Shown here: positions 56,199-64,000 of the stretch, one piece after another
Layout: every line of letters starts with the position of its first letter
Numbering within the stretch: position 1 is the stretch's first letter
Assembly: GCA_051874735.1 (NCBI GenBank)
Contig: JBJEGD010000004.1
Coordinates: forward strand, 110,071 to 174,070
From: Candidatus Bruticola sp.
GTDB lineage: Bacteria; Vulcanimicrobiota; Xenobia; Xenobiales; Xenobiaceae
Length of the DNA stretch: 64,000 nt
Direction of reading: 5' to 3'
Made by a program: the position numbers and the translations under genes
The notes under the pieces: generated by a model
Seen by the model: the letters and a program-made list of their open reading frames with translations, nothing else
The model's database searches: none
Told to the model about the DNA's origin: nothing

Positions 56199-57896
56199 TT
56201 AAAGAGGGTAAATATCCCCTGTCCATTCTAGTTCCAGGCCTTGTTCTATGAGCCAATTTTGAAATTTTTGCAAAATTTCGGGGCGTTGGCGTATTTCCGC
56301 TGGTAATAGATTCTCTGCCAAACAGTAAGCGGCACACAGAGCCGCTGACTCTCCTGTATTCCATTCGACAGGATGCAGTCGGTAGCATCCGTTGGTTATA
56401 TGGGTTACAGAGAGATTCTTACCTCCAGCTAACAAATTGTCTGTATCACAGGGAATTAACGCTCCTAAGGGAATTTGGAAGGGTAGAGCGCTAATATCTA
56501 TGTAATTGTCGCCTCCAGAGGAAGGATGAAGATCTAGACGGTAGGCCCCTATACCTACGCTGTCTGAGAATTGGGCGGCTTTTACGGTTGACGCTTTTAA
56601 ACCAGTTAAAGCACAGCGAGCTTCTAAGCTTACATGCTGCTCCAACACGGTAAAGTGTCCTTTGATGCGCCGAGATTCGCGTATATAAGGAGCTGCCGCT
56701 AGGCCGTCGTTTGTTTTCGTAATATCGGGACGCAAAGCTAAACCTGGCCAGCCTTGTCCGCCATCATCTCTAGGAGCTTCTGTCTGCATCCAATAAAGCA
56801 TACTTAAGCTTAAAGAGCGGGCACCTGCTAGGTGTTCATTTTTCTCCCCTTCAGATACATCGATAATGTTGCCAAGCATATAATCGATTTGAGGCCAGTT
56901 AACTAAAACTATATCGGAAGTCTGAGGCGCATATTGGAAATTCTTAGCGTAAGATATACGTCTGAAAGTCCACAAATCCATGGGGCCGCGTTCCGGCTGA
57001 GGATTTACAGGGTCAAAAGTGCGTACTACTGGTTCTAGGGTAATGGGATGAGTAGCCTGCCAGGATAGCAAAGGCCCACCCCAACTTGGATTAACGGCAG
57101 GTATATAGGAACGCCAAAATTCATAATCAGCCGGTTTGTCAATTACGCTATGGCGTTTAGGCTGATAGTCAATAACAAAGCACCAAGATATGGCTTGCTG
57201 ATTTTGAGGATCAGCAACCAAGGGAGCATGGGGCTCCTGAGTTTCCTTTTGGGATTCACTGCCTATCGCATAAGCTGTTTGGGCTAAAGGCAGCAAATCG
57301 CCAGTTTCGGTGGCATCGATAAAATAAGGAGCGTTAATAGAGTACAGTCGGACATCTGTCGCTTTATGAGCGTACATTGAGTCTGCTAAAGGTTCCGTTA
57401 TTTTTTGTTTAACTAGAACAGCAGTAATTCTATTCTGCACTCTCTCTGCTTGTATGGGATCAGTTCTGAGGAGCACGGTTAACTGACCTGAACTCAAGTA
57501 AGGACGAAGAATAGCCTCAATTATAGAAGAACTGACTGATGGTTCGTGGCATAAAGCTGAAACACAGCCTTGACCGGGATTGAGCTTGGGCCAGTTTTCC
57601 TTAGCTTCGCTGCTGAGCGGATACCACTGCTTATAGTAAGAGCGTATATATTGACGGAATAGCCTATAAGATCGGGTGGCTCCGCGTGATTCAATCCAAG
57701 GATGCTCGTCTGGAGGGACAGCTTGAGAGGTAAATTGACCACCTAGGCGATCGCAGCTATCTGTTATAATCACTTTCAGACCTTGGCGCAAAGCTGCCCA
57801 AGCGGCTGCAAAACCTCCGGTGCCCCCGCCGATAATGGCCAGTTGGCAATTAAGTATATCTGATTGTGGCCAACTTTTTAGAGCTTGGCTTGTCAT
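56199..57896 (-). CDS. FAD-dependent oxidoreductase (FAD_oxidored family)
   Basis: IIGGGTGG, LGGQFTSQAVPPDEH, IDATETGDLL, PYIRESRRI, GCYRLHPVEWNTGE; GAGGAG RBS. Confidence 0.88.
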   Translation of the reverse strand: MTSQALKSWPQSDILNCQLAIIGGGTGGFAAAWAALRQGLKVIITDSCDRLGGQFTSQAVPPDEHPWIESRGATRSYRLFRQYIRSYYKQWYPLSSEAKENWPKLNPGQGCVSALCHEPSVSSSIIEAILRPYLSSGQLTVLLRTDPIQAERVQNRITAVLVKQKITEPLADSMYAHKATDVRLYSINAPYFIDATETGDLLPLAQTAYAIGSESQKETQEPHAPLVADPQNQQAISWCFVIDYQPKRHSVIDKPADYEFWRSYIPAVNPSWGGPLLSWQATHPITLEPVVRTFDPVNPQPERGPMDLWTFRRISYAKNFQYAPQTSDIVLVNWPQIDYMLGNIIDVSEGEKNEHLAGARSLSLSMLYWMQTEAPRDDGGQGWPGLALRPDITKTNDGLAAAPYIRESRRIKGHFTVLEQHVSLEARCALTGLKASTVKAAQFSDSVGIGAYRLDLHPSSGGDNYIDISALPFQIPLGALIPCDTDNLLAGGKNLSVTHITNGCYRLHPVEWNTGESAALCAAYCLAENLLPAEIRQRPEILQKFQNWLIEQGLELEWTGDIYPL

Positions 57897-58176
57897 AATT
57901 TAAGGCTCCTCAACTTTCTCTGTTCAGCTAAAAAATCGGCCAGGAACAATTGAACTTCGTATGATGTGTGTTTTTCTTCGCTATCGTTACATTTAATATC
58001 CCGCCTCAACGAACCCTTAGTCCGTTTTTTTGCTAAGAAAATGCAGGCGCTAATGGTGAGGCGGAATTGAAGCATACTGTGAAGTTATTCAGATTAAACC
58101 TATCTAGCCATTTAGCTAAAGGTAGATAAGCCAGAATAGCCGGGGCTACTTTGCTAGGAGTCTGCACCAGAAGTGT

Positions 58177-59883
58177 TTACGTTTTTTTCTTGGTAGCTGA
58201 GTTGCGCACCAAAATAGGGCTGTATTGCTTGGTACGTACATCCTGGATAAATTCTTCAATGTTTGCATCTTTTACTTTTAGTAAGACTAAAATATCACGC
58301 ATCATAGTTAAGCAGGCTTCGTATTCCGGAACTAAAGCTTCGCTACATCCGTGTTTGACTAGCTCCTTCATATGCTCCAGGCTGCGAGCTCTAGCCATAA
58401 CCTTGAGCTTAGGATTCAAATAAGTAACAGATTCCTGCACCATAGTTGAGTCTATAGAGTCAGGAATAGTAATAATCATGAGGGCCGCTTCTTCTACATT
58501 GGCCGCTTTGAGCAGATCTGAGGAGGCGGCATTCCCCCCGATTACCTGGTAGCCATCTTCTTTGGCTTTTTTAACTCTTTGGGGATGAGATTCTATGATG
58601 AGAATTTCTGTCGTATCGGGAATAGCCTCGGCCAAGAAACTACCCATAGAACCGTAACCTACGATAATAGCATGATTTTTAAACCCGATTTTGGGCACAT
58701 TCATGTTATTTATTGGCTTAGTGTTCGTTCTCTTTCTCCACCATTTGTAAATCGGATCGGCCATGTTAGCGAAGAAGGGAGTAATAGCAATAGTAATGGC
58801 GGCCACGGTTATGCTTAAAAGATAGATCTCTTTAGTTATGCCTTGGCTAGAAATTCCCGTTCTGGCTAATACGAAGGCAAATTCGCCCACTTGGAACATG
58901 TACAGACCTACTGCTATAGGCATGATATTAACGTAGCCGAAAATTCTAGTAATAGTGCCGAAAATCATCACTTTGCCGATTAACAGTACAAGTATAGATA
59001 TGCTAATTTGTACCCAGTGATTGACAATAAATTGGGGTTGAATCAGCATGCCTACTGAGCAGAAAAAGAGTAGTGAAAATAGGTCGCGCAAAGGAGTAAT
59101 TTCACTTAAAGCATGGTGGCTGAAATCGGAGCGGGAAAGGATCATACCTGCTAAAAATGCACCGAAAGCGAAGGATAAGCCTATGGTATAGGTAAGCAGA
59201 CCCAGTCCTAAGCCTATGGCCAAAACTGTAACCATAAAGAGTTCGCGAGAACCTAAAGCTGCAATTTTGGCGATAAATTTAGGCATAGCTGTGGAACCGA
59301 TAGCAACTACAAATCCTATAAGTACGACAGATTTGATAATAGCCATACCTAAAATATCCATTCCTTGGCTAAGATTATTGAGCTCAGGCAGCAGAATAAT
59401 CATAGGAATCACTGCTAAATCTTGGATGATAAGTATAGCTGTCATTACTTGGCTGGATAGAGTGCCAGTTAGTCCTTTTTCACCTAAAATTTTGAGTACT
59501 ACCATGGTGCTGGATACGGAAATTATGCATCCGAACCATATACAATGTACCCAGTTCCAGCCAAAACAGGCTCCTAAGGCTCCTCCTAAAACTATGCTGG
59601 CTAAAATTTGCAGCGGAGTTCCTATGAGAGCAATTTTTTTAACAGGTGACAGTCGCTCTACTGGAAATTCTAAGCCGGCACTGAACAGTAACAAAGCTAC
59701 GCCTATATCGGCTAAAACTTCTATCTGTTCTACATGGACCACTTTAGGGCCGATAGTATTAGGGCCAATGAGTATGCCAGCCACGATATATCCTAATAGA
59801 GCCGGCATTTTAAAACGCTGTGCTATAAGGCCGCAAACTAGAGCGGCTACAACAATTTGTACAATATCTCCAGCTATACCCAT
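58177..59883 (-). CDS. CPA2 cation:proton antiporter with TrkA-N (RCK) domain (YbaL/KefC-like)
   Basis: GYIVAGILIGP, GVALLLFSAGLEF, SSTMVVLK, IIQDL, FGAFLAG, QVGEFAFVL; IIVGYGSMG. Confidence 0.92.
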   Translation of the reverse strand: MGIAGDIVQIVVAALVCGLIAQRFKMPALLGYIVAGILIGPNTIGPKVVHVEQIEVLADIGVALLLFSAGLEFPVERLSPVKKIALIGTPLQILASIVLGGALGACFGWNWVHCIWFGCIISVSSTMVVLKILGEKGLTGTLSSQVMTAILIIQDLAVIPMIILLPELNNLSQGMDILGMAIIKSVVLIGFVVAIGSTAMPKFIAKIAALGSRELFMVTVLAIGLGLGLLTYTIGLSFAFGAFLAGMILSRSDFSHHALSEITPLRDLFSLLFFCSVGMLIQPQFIVNHWVQISISILVLLIGKVMIFGTITRIFGYVNIMPIAVGLYMFQVGEFAFVLARTGISSQGITKEIYLLSITVAAITIAITPFFANMADPIYKWWRKRTNTKPINNMNVPKIGFKNHAIIVGYGSMGSFLAEAIPDTTEILIIESHPQRVKKAKEDGYQVIGGNAASSDLLKAANVEEAALMIITIPDSIDSTMVQESVTYLNPKLKVMARARSLEHMKELVKHGCSEALVPEYEACLTMMRDILVLLKVKDANIEEFIQDVRTKQYSPILVRNSATKKKT

Positions 59884-59931
59884 GAGTTTTTCCTTTTTTT
59901 CTAATTTCTTATTATGATAAGTTCGAGAGGT

Positions 59932-61935
59932 TCAATTTAGCGTTTCACCTAGAACAGATTTATCTATTAAATAAATCGAGGCTTGTGAGTCTCTATAAAC
60001 AGGTGAACCGTATATTTTGCTTAGTTGTTTGTTGAAGTTATCGTAGACCTCTTTGCCATGTTGGGGCGCTAACCAGGCACAATTAGCCCGATGCACTATT
60101 AAGTAGCGTAAACCGTCTTTAAAAACTAACTCAGCATCTTTTTTTACTATATACTTATTTACAGTGCCTGCTTTTAAATCTTGATTAGTAGATGAATCGG
60201 AAGTCTTGCTGAATCTGGAGGGGCTAGTGTCGCCCATAAATTGCTGGGGCAATTTTTCTTGTCCATATAGCACTTCCGAACTGCCCTCATTAGGATAAGG
60301 CTTAGTGATGAAACCAGAACTGCAAGTTTTATTTAGCAGCAGAAACTGAGCTATATAGCTGTTGTTACGGGCCAACCAGCTTAAAGAACGTTTCCCATGG
60401 GCCGAAGGGGAACCGTGTAAAAATTGAGTTTGCCAAACGTTGGTACAGTAACCTAAAGGCAAATCTAGAGAAGCGTACTTAGGAGTTTGAGCGGCTAAGA
60501 AAACACACCAATCTGGTACCGATACTTTGAAAGCAGGGTAATAGCTTTGCTTGATTTGCTGACTGGTTGAAAAAAGTTCGTTTTCTCGACAACTGATGCT
60601 GAGAAGTACTGTTAATAACGTTAATCCTATAGCTACGAGGTTTTGCCAGCAGCGTTTGTTTAGTGATGAATCTTTCCAATTCTGCCAAGTGCGGCATATA
60701 AATAATGTTAAGCTAATAATCAGGCAGTTTATTGCTAAAGGCCATACTGTTTGTGGAGTTCGCCAGTAAAAAATCAGATTTGTTAATTTAGCTAGCCAGG
60801 CCAAAGGTGCTTGTATAGGGCGACCTTGAGTATCTAGTAATAAAACGCCATTCCAATTTAAATAAGGTCCTAAGCCGATTAAAATAAAAAATGAGGCTAA
60901 CCACAGCCATATTAGGGCTGAATTCTGTTGAAATTTACGGCTTAGCGGTATGGAAAACAGCATTAAAATTAAAATTGGACTTATGAGGGAAGAACCGTGC
61001 TTTATTGTGAGGCTTTTACCTTCTTGCTGAGGTGTAAAAGTTAAATGGCTCATGCGCTCAAAGGCTCGGTTTTCTTCTGCGTTTATATTAAGCTGCGCTG
61101 TATTTTGGTAACGCTGCAAATCCGGATCGACATGCAACACATAAAAGGCCGCAGGACAAGCCGCTAGTCCTGTAAAGCATACGCAGACAGTCAAGCGTTT
61201 TAGCGAAATTTTATCTAAATATGGTCCTCTGACAAAAGTTAAAGCTAAACCGGCTAAGGTTAGGCCTGCGGCCCAAATCCAGTAGACTCCTGCAGCAGCT
61301 ATAACAGATATAGAAAGGAGAACGTAGGCAGATAGTGGAGCTGGGCGAGTTTCAGATAAGTCTTTTGAGTTGTGGACAGTAAATATGGAAGCAGCAGCGA
61401 CTAACGACAACGAGACAGGCAAACTAAATAGCTGCGGCAGGTGGCCCCAATTTATCATTTGAACAGTATATGGGGACATAAGAAAAGGTAGGCCGCTGAG
61501 CCAGGAAAGCAGCCAGACATAAGGCCTTCGGCGGTAGTCAGTTAGCTGAGAATCGGTCGTTCCCAAATATAGCACAGCCCAAGAGCTTCCCAAGGCGCTT
61601 AGCCAAATGGCACTGAGCAGGCTCATGTTCCACCAAGCGGGCCAACTGCACAACATTTGCCAGAAGCAGCCAATTAGTGTGTGTAGGTACGATTTATGGG
61701 TTATAACTAAATTTATGTTAAGAGGAAATTCCCAAGCTTGACTGGTTAATGGAAAATTTCCCTCCTTTAAACTGTCTAATACGCTTCTGTTGAGCACCAT
61801 CTCGTCAAAAGTATCATCAGTTACGGCGCCCAAAACGACATTGTCACCCGCTTGCCAAATTGGCAGTGTAAGAACTAACAATATTATTACATAGGTTAAG
61901 GCTATAACACCTAGCGGGCAGCAGATACGTTTCAT
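59932..61935 (-). CDS. Polytopic membrane protein, probable GT-C-like glycosyltransferase / YfhO-like
   Basis: 667 aa, about 11 TM; acidic DD in first loop, FP, SPY...GHLP, LGPYL, C-terminal soluble LDLP...LRYLIVH. Confidence 0.5.
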   Translation of the reverse strand: MKRICCPLGVIALTYVIILLVLTLPIWQAGDNVVLGAVTDDTFDEMVLNRSVLDSLKEGNFPLTSQAWEFPLNINLVITHKSYLHTLIGCFWQMLCSWPAWWNMSLLSAIWLSALGSSWAVLYLGTTDSQLTDYRRRPYVWLLSWLSGLPFLMSPYTVQMINWGHLPQLFSLPVSLSLVAAASIFTVHNSKDLSETRPAPLSAYVLLSISVIAAAGVYWIWAAGLTLAGLALTFVRGPYLDKISLKRLTVCVCFTGLAACPAAFYVLHVDPDLQRYQNTAQLNINAEENRAFERMSHLTFTPQQEGKSLTIKHGSSLISPILILMLFSIPLSRKFQQNSALIWLWLASFFILIGLGPYLNWNGVLLLDTQGRPIQAPLAWLAKLTNLIFYWRTPQTVWPLAINCLIISLTLFICRTWQNWKDSSLNKRCWQNLVAIGLTLLTVLLSISCRENELFSTSQQIKQSYYPAFKVSVPDWCVFLAAQTPKYASLDLPLGYCTNVWQTQFLHGSPSAHGKRSLSWLARNNSYIAQFLLLNKTCSSGFITKPYPNEGSSEVLYGQEKLPQQFMGDTSPSRFSKTSDSSTNQDLKAGTVNKYIVKKDAELVFKDGLRYLIVHRANCAWLAPQHGKEVYDNFNKQLSKIYGSPVYRDSQASIYLIDKSVLGETLN

Positions 61936-62042
61936 AACTTTCAGAAAAGAACGATTCCCTTTGTTGGGCTGGCTCTTATATTCGTAGGCCAGTGCTATTA
62001 AAACTCTAAGTTGGGAAATAGTCCGATTCAGCTGGAGTCAGT

Positions 62043-64000
62043 CTATTCATTTAGAATAGGTTTTAAAAATTTACCTGTCCATGAGTTCGGATTGTTGGCT
62101 ATTTCTTCTGGAGTTCCGCAGTCTACCATACTCCCTCCTTGATCTCCCCCGCCAGGTCCTAAATCTATAAGCCAATCGCAACATTTTATAACGTCGAGAT
62201 TATGTTCGATAATAATTATGGTCGCCCCAGCTTCAGCTAGCCTGTTCAGTACTTTTATAAGCTTAGCTATATCTTCAAAATGTAGACCTGTGGTAGGTTC
62301 ATCTAAAATGTAAAGCGTACTTCCTAAAGCTCGTTTAGATAGTTCGCTGGATAGTTTGATGCGTTGGGCTTCACCTCCGGAGAGAGTGGAGGCCGGTTGT
62401 CCTAAACGTAAATATCCTAAACCGACGTCGGTTAGCATTTTGAGTTTAGAATGTATGCCACTGTAGTTAGCGAAGAACTGAAGCCCCTCCTCAATCGTCA
62501 TGTCGAGGACTTCTGCAATAGTTAGTCCTTTAAAACGCACCTCTAAAGTTTCCCGATTGTATCTCTTGCCTTGGCAAACTTCACACGGTACGCAGACGTC
62601 GGGCAAAAAGTTCATCTCTATTTTAAGCACACCTTGCCCTTGACAAGCTTCGCAGCGTCCTCCTTTAATATTGCAGGAAAAACGACCCGGTTTATAACCG
62701 CGCATTTTAGCTTCTGGAGCAGCGGCAAACAGCTTTCTAATAGCGTCGAACAAGCCAGTATAGGTGGCTGGGTTAGAGCGAGGAGTGCGCCCAATAGGCA
62801 TTTGATCGACATTAATAATTTTGTCGATGAGTTCTGCTCCTTCTAAGCGATCACACTGATCTAGGGCAGAGCCTGCCGGTCTAGACAGATTTTTACAGAG
62901 CACCTCATTTACTAAAGTGCTTTTTCCTGAGCCCGATACACCCGTTATACCAGTAATTATTCCCAGAGGAAATTCGGCGTCGAGGTGGCGGAGATTATTT
63001 TTTCTACATCCGTACAGACGGAGCGCTCCTCTGTTGGGGGATCGGCGCTGCTTCGGCAGAGGTATAGTTCTTTCTCCTCTTAAATAGGCTCCAGTTAAAG
63101 AGTTAGGTTCATTTAGCACGTCCCGTAAACTGCCTGAGACAACAACTTCTCCTCCGTGAACTCCTGCGCCCGGTCCTATGTCAACCAGGTAATCGGCAGC
63201 TCGAATAGTGTCTTCGTCGTGTTCTACTACGATTAGAGTGTTGCCTAAATCGCGCAGATGCTTGAGAGTTTGCAGTAATTTCTGGTTATCTCGCTGGTGC
63301 AAACCGATAGAAGGTTCATCTAGAATGTAAAGTACTCCCATAAGTCCAGAGCCGATTTGCGTAGCTAAGCGAATACGTTGAGCTTCTCCTCCAGACAGAG
63401 TTGAAGTCGGTCTGCTTAGGTTTAAGTAATCGAGGCCTACGTTGATTAAAAATTGAAAGCGCCCTTTTAATTCATTAAGAATAGGTTTGGCAATAGCTTG
63501 GTTTTTAGATGATAAAGTTAAATTTTCCAACCATTCTAAAGCTTTTATAGCTGATTTAGTGCAAAACTCATGAATATTTAGTCCATTGATGCTTACGCTT
63601 AGAGCCTCTTTTCTTAAACGGGACCCCTGGCAGGAGGGACAGAGTGAAGAAACCATAAAGCGTCCCATCTCTGCTACAGCCGGCTCATAATCAGTTTCTT
63701 TAAAACGTTTCTCCAGTATAGGCAAAGCCCCAGCAAAGTTAGGAATGTCTGCGGATGAAGAGCAGCAGCCGTATAAAATTAAATGTTGTTTTTGCTGATC
63801 CAGTTCGCACCAAGGAGTATCTAAATCGACAATTCCGCAATCCGCTAGTTTGAAAAGCTGACTCCAAAACCAAGTTTCCCGCATATGATAGCGCATAGAA
63901 TGGACAGGCTTGCCCCAAGGAGCTAGTGCTCCCTCGTTCAAGCTCAACGATTTATTGGGAATAATTAAATCTATATCAAATTCAGAGACAACGCCTAAAC
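62043..64000 (-). CDS. uvrA: Excinuclease ABC subunit A, 3' part (5' end outside the window)
   Basis: Two LSGGEAQRI signatures, GVSGSGKST, DEPSIGLH/DEPTTGLH, CxxC zinc fingers; frame stays open to the window end (LGVVSEFDIDLIIPNKS). Confidence 0.97.
   Translation of the reverse strand, partial: LGVVSEFDIDLIIPNKSLSLNEGALAPWGKPVHSMRYHMRETWFWSQLFKLADCGIVDLDTPWCELDQQKQHLILYGCCSSSADIPNFAGALPILEKRFKETDYEPAVAEMGRFMVSSLCPSCQGSRLRKEALSVSINGLNIHEFCTKSAIKALEWLENLTLSSKNQAIAKPILNELKGRFQFLINVGLDYLNLSRPTSTLSGGEAQRIRLATQIGSGLMGVLYILDEPSIGLHQRDNQKLLQTLKHLRDLGNTLIVVEHDEDTIRAADYLVDIGPGAGVHGGEVVVSGSLRDVLNEPNSLTGAYLRGERTIPLPKQRRSPNRGALRLYGCRKNNLRHLDAEFPLGIITGITGVSGSGKSTLVNEVLCKNLSRPAGSALDQCDRLEGAELIDKIINVDQMPIGRTPRSNPATYTGLFDAIRKLFAAAPEAKMRGYKPGRFSCNIKGGRCEACQGQGVLKIEMNFLPDVCVPCEVCQGKRYNRETLEVRFKGLTIAEVLDMTIEEGLQFFANYSGIHSKLKMLTDVGLGYLRLGQPASTLSGGEAQRIKLSSELSKRALGSTLYILDEPTTGLHFEDIAKLIKVLNRLAEAGATIIIIEHNLDVIKCCDWLIDLGPGGGDQGGSMVDCGTPEEIANNPNSWTGKFLKPILNE

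Noticed and set aside
57990-58070. glmS ribozyme or fluoride riboswitch
   Set aside because: AGCGCC is present on the minus strand but the GACGAGG core is missing, the fluoride consensus is not met, and the downstream gene fits neither.
59216-59917. 233-aa + strand ORF
   Set aside because: Lies antisense to the well-supported CPA2 antiporter; its I/P/T/A-rich composition is the usual shadow of a membrane-protein gene.
1-64000. CRISPR array, tRNA/rRNA, IS element, prophage
   Set aside because: No regularly spaced repeats, T-loop/cloverleaf or rRNA-like tracts, and no transposase, integrase or phage structural ORF seen; intergenic gaps are all under about 360 nt. Visual scan only.

Overview
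Gene-dense, AT-rich chromosomal segment (roughly 40% GC by eye) from a diderm, probably anaerobic bacterium; envelope genes hint at a Terrabacteria diderm such as Eremiobacterota, but this is inference only. About 47 CDS are present, two cut by the window edges (a SAM methyltransferase on the left, uvrA on the right). I found no rRNA, tRNA, CRISPR array, integrase or transposase. The best candidate for an undescribed system is a + strand cluster at 8254-18819. It holds a beta-propeller/DUF6754 membrane protein, three more membrane proteins that with it form two paralog pairs, three tandem TM+PH-like paralogs, a small helical protein, a GlmL/MutL-type ASKHA ATPase with no B12 mutase beside it, and a barrel-sandwich-hybrid/KOW protein. 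An acyl-CoA ligase follows it. Other points of interest: several full-length enzyme folds with replaced catalytic residues (SDR, HD-GYP, UroD/MtaA-like), a stand-alone 1049-aa Tubulin_2 protein, a divergent Tes/MJ0619-like radical SAM enzyme, purine-catabolism genes (ygeW and a three-subunit xanthine dehydrogenase) and a TolC-MacA-MacB set lacking its ATPase. All family assignments come from motifs recognised by eye; no database search was run.
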